Source: Raillietiella orientalis
Lineage: Eukaryota
Assembly: GCA_036172245.1 (NCBI GenBank)
Contig: JAYWIR010000057.1
Location: forward strand, 310,001 to 374,000
DNA: 64,000 nucleotides
Reading direction: 5' to 3'
Numbering within the stretch: position 1 is the stretch's first letter; every line of letters starts with the position of its first letter. The notes below the pieces were generated by a model, which saw only the letters and a program-made list of their open reading frames with translations, was not told where the DNA came from and did not search any database. A program made the translations under genes and the position numbers. This document shows, one piece after another, positions 62,978-64,000 of this stretch.

Positions 62978-63575
62978 TTGTCGGCGCGTGACTGAGACCT
63001 CGGCGCGTGGCACCAAGAGTTGCGAGTTCGAATCTCACCCCACCCGGGGAAGAATCCACGCCGAGAAATGGGTGCCTCGTGGGTTCGAGTTCCCCCCCTC
63101 AAAATGACGCTTGTTAGCCTGAAGACTTCGGATGCGACACTGGTAGAAGCTGGAAACCGGATGCCCCCGATGGGTGGCCGGGATTGGAAGTTGACCCTTT
63201 GGAGTCTTTTCCGAAATCAAGGAGCCTCCAGGGTTCCCTCCGGCTGTGAAAATGGAGCCATGCCTCCCTCAGGGGGGAACTCTCCCACATCGTACCATGC
63301 AGCTGGTGTGGATTGCTCTCCATTGCTCTCCCTTCGGGAGCGACCTATCAGAGAAAATTGGGAAGTGTCCCTTGCGGGGTTTTCTTCAGAGGAGGAAACT
63401 AGAAGCGGATCCTTTCCAGAGGTTTCTCCGGGGTGAATAAGGAAGAGGTTCCCTTCGGTGTTCCCCCCTCCCAAGAGGAGAGGAACGGACTCCTTTCTCC
63501 GGAGCCTTTCCTGGATTCAAAGGATGGTCCCCACCCGGGGTACCCCCTATAGCTTAGCGAACCAAAGAAACACGT
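62978..63575 (+). mobile_element. Repeat A copy with fewer subrepeats and a shortened 3' region
   Basis: B-box-like GAGTTCGAATCT at ~63024-63035 and a second GGGTTCGAGTTCC at 63081-63093. Body colinear with 3331-3950. Confidence 0.8.
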
Positions 63576-64000
63576 GGCTGCAACGAAATTCTGCTTCCAG
63601 AAACGAGAAAGCACGAGACACGCCAGTTTTGCGCCGAGGGAGCAATAAACTGGAGGGACAACGCGACTCCCGAAGCCGAACGAGCACTTCAGCGAGAAGA
63701 AAAATCAACAGAAAGCGGAAAACCCGACCGACTCGTCGCCAACGTTATTAACGACGCCTCGCGCCACCAGTTACAGCGAGATGTTTCCCATCGTACGCAC
63801 GGCTCCGCCGACCAATTTTCCTGCCTGCCGGTCCTCGAGTCTTCGGGAATCTTCGCGGGTCAGTTTCCGATCCACTGATTAGAAGACTCGGCCAAGCGGG
63901 TTGTTTGCTCGTAGAGAGTCCGTGACGATTTTCAGCAGACCTCATCTGCTTCCTCTCGATCCGAATCCTCCTCGGAATCTCCGCGATTTCTGGCCGCCAA

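Overview
Eukaryotic nuclear DNA, roughly 50% GC, with poly(A)/poly(T) tracts, microsatellites and GT-AG splice-like signals. I cannot name the organism. I see no prokaryotic operons, CRISPR array, rRNA or intact tRNA, and no host gene I can identify by homology, so the exon calls are tentative. Two retroelement families are well supported. (1) 'Repeat A' is a long (about 0.8-0.9 kb) SINE-like element with a tRNA-type B box head, a second B-box-like motif and internal GC-rich subrepeats; it occurs at six loci. (2) Four 5'-truncated, decayed L1/Tx1-clade LINE copies carry RT motifs (YADDL) and a C-terminal CCHC zinc knuckle, and end in AATAAA plus a GC stem-loop instead of a long poly(A). The main observation is that three of the four LINE copies sit inside Repeat A. 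At 23.0-27.4 kb one minus-strand Repeat A is cut into three pieces by two oppositely oriented LINE insertions, each with a 14-16 bp target-site duplication. Smaller features are a MITE-like element, a 17-bp-arm palindrome, a ~100-bp direct repeat pair and a possibly frameshifted coding-like segment.
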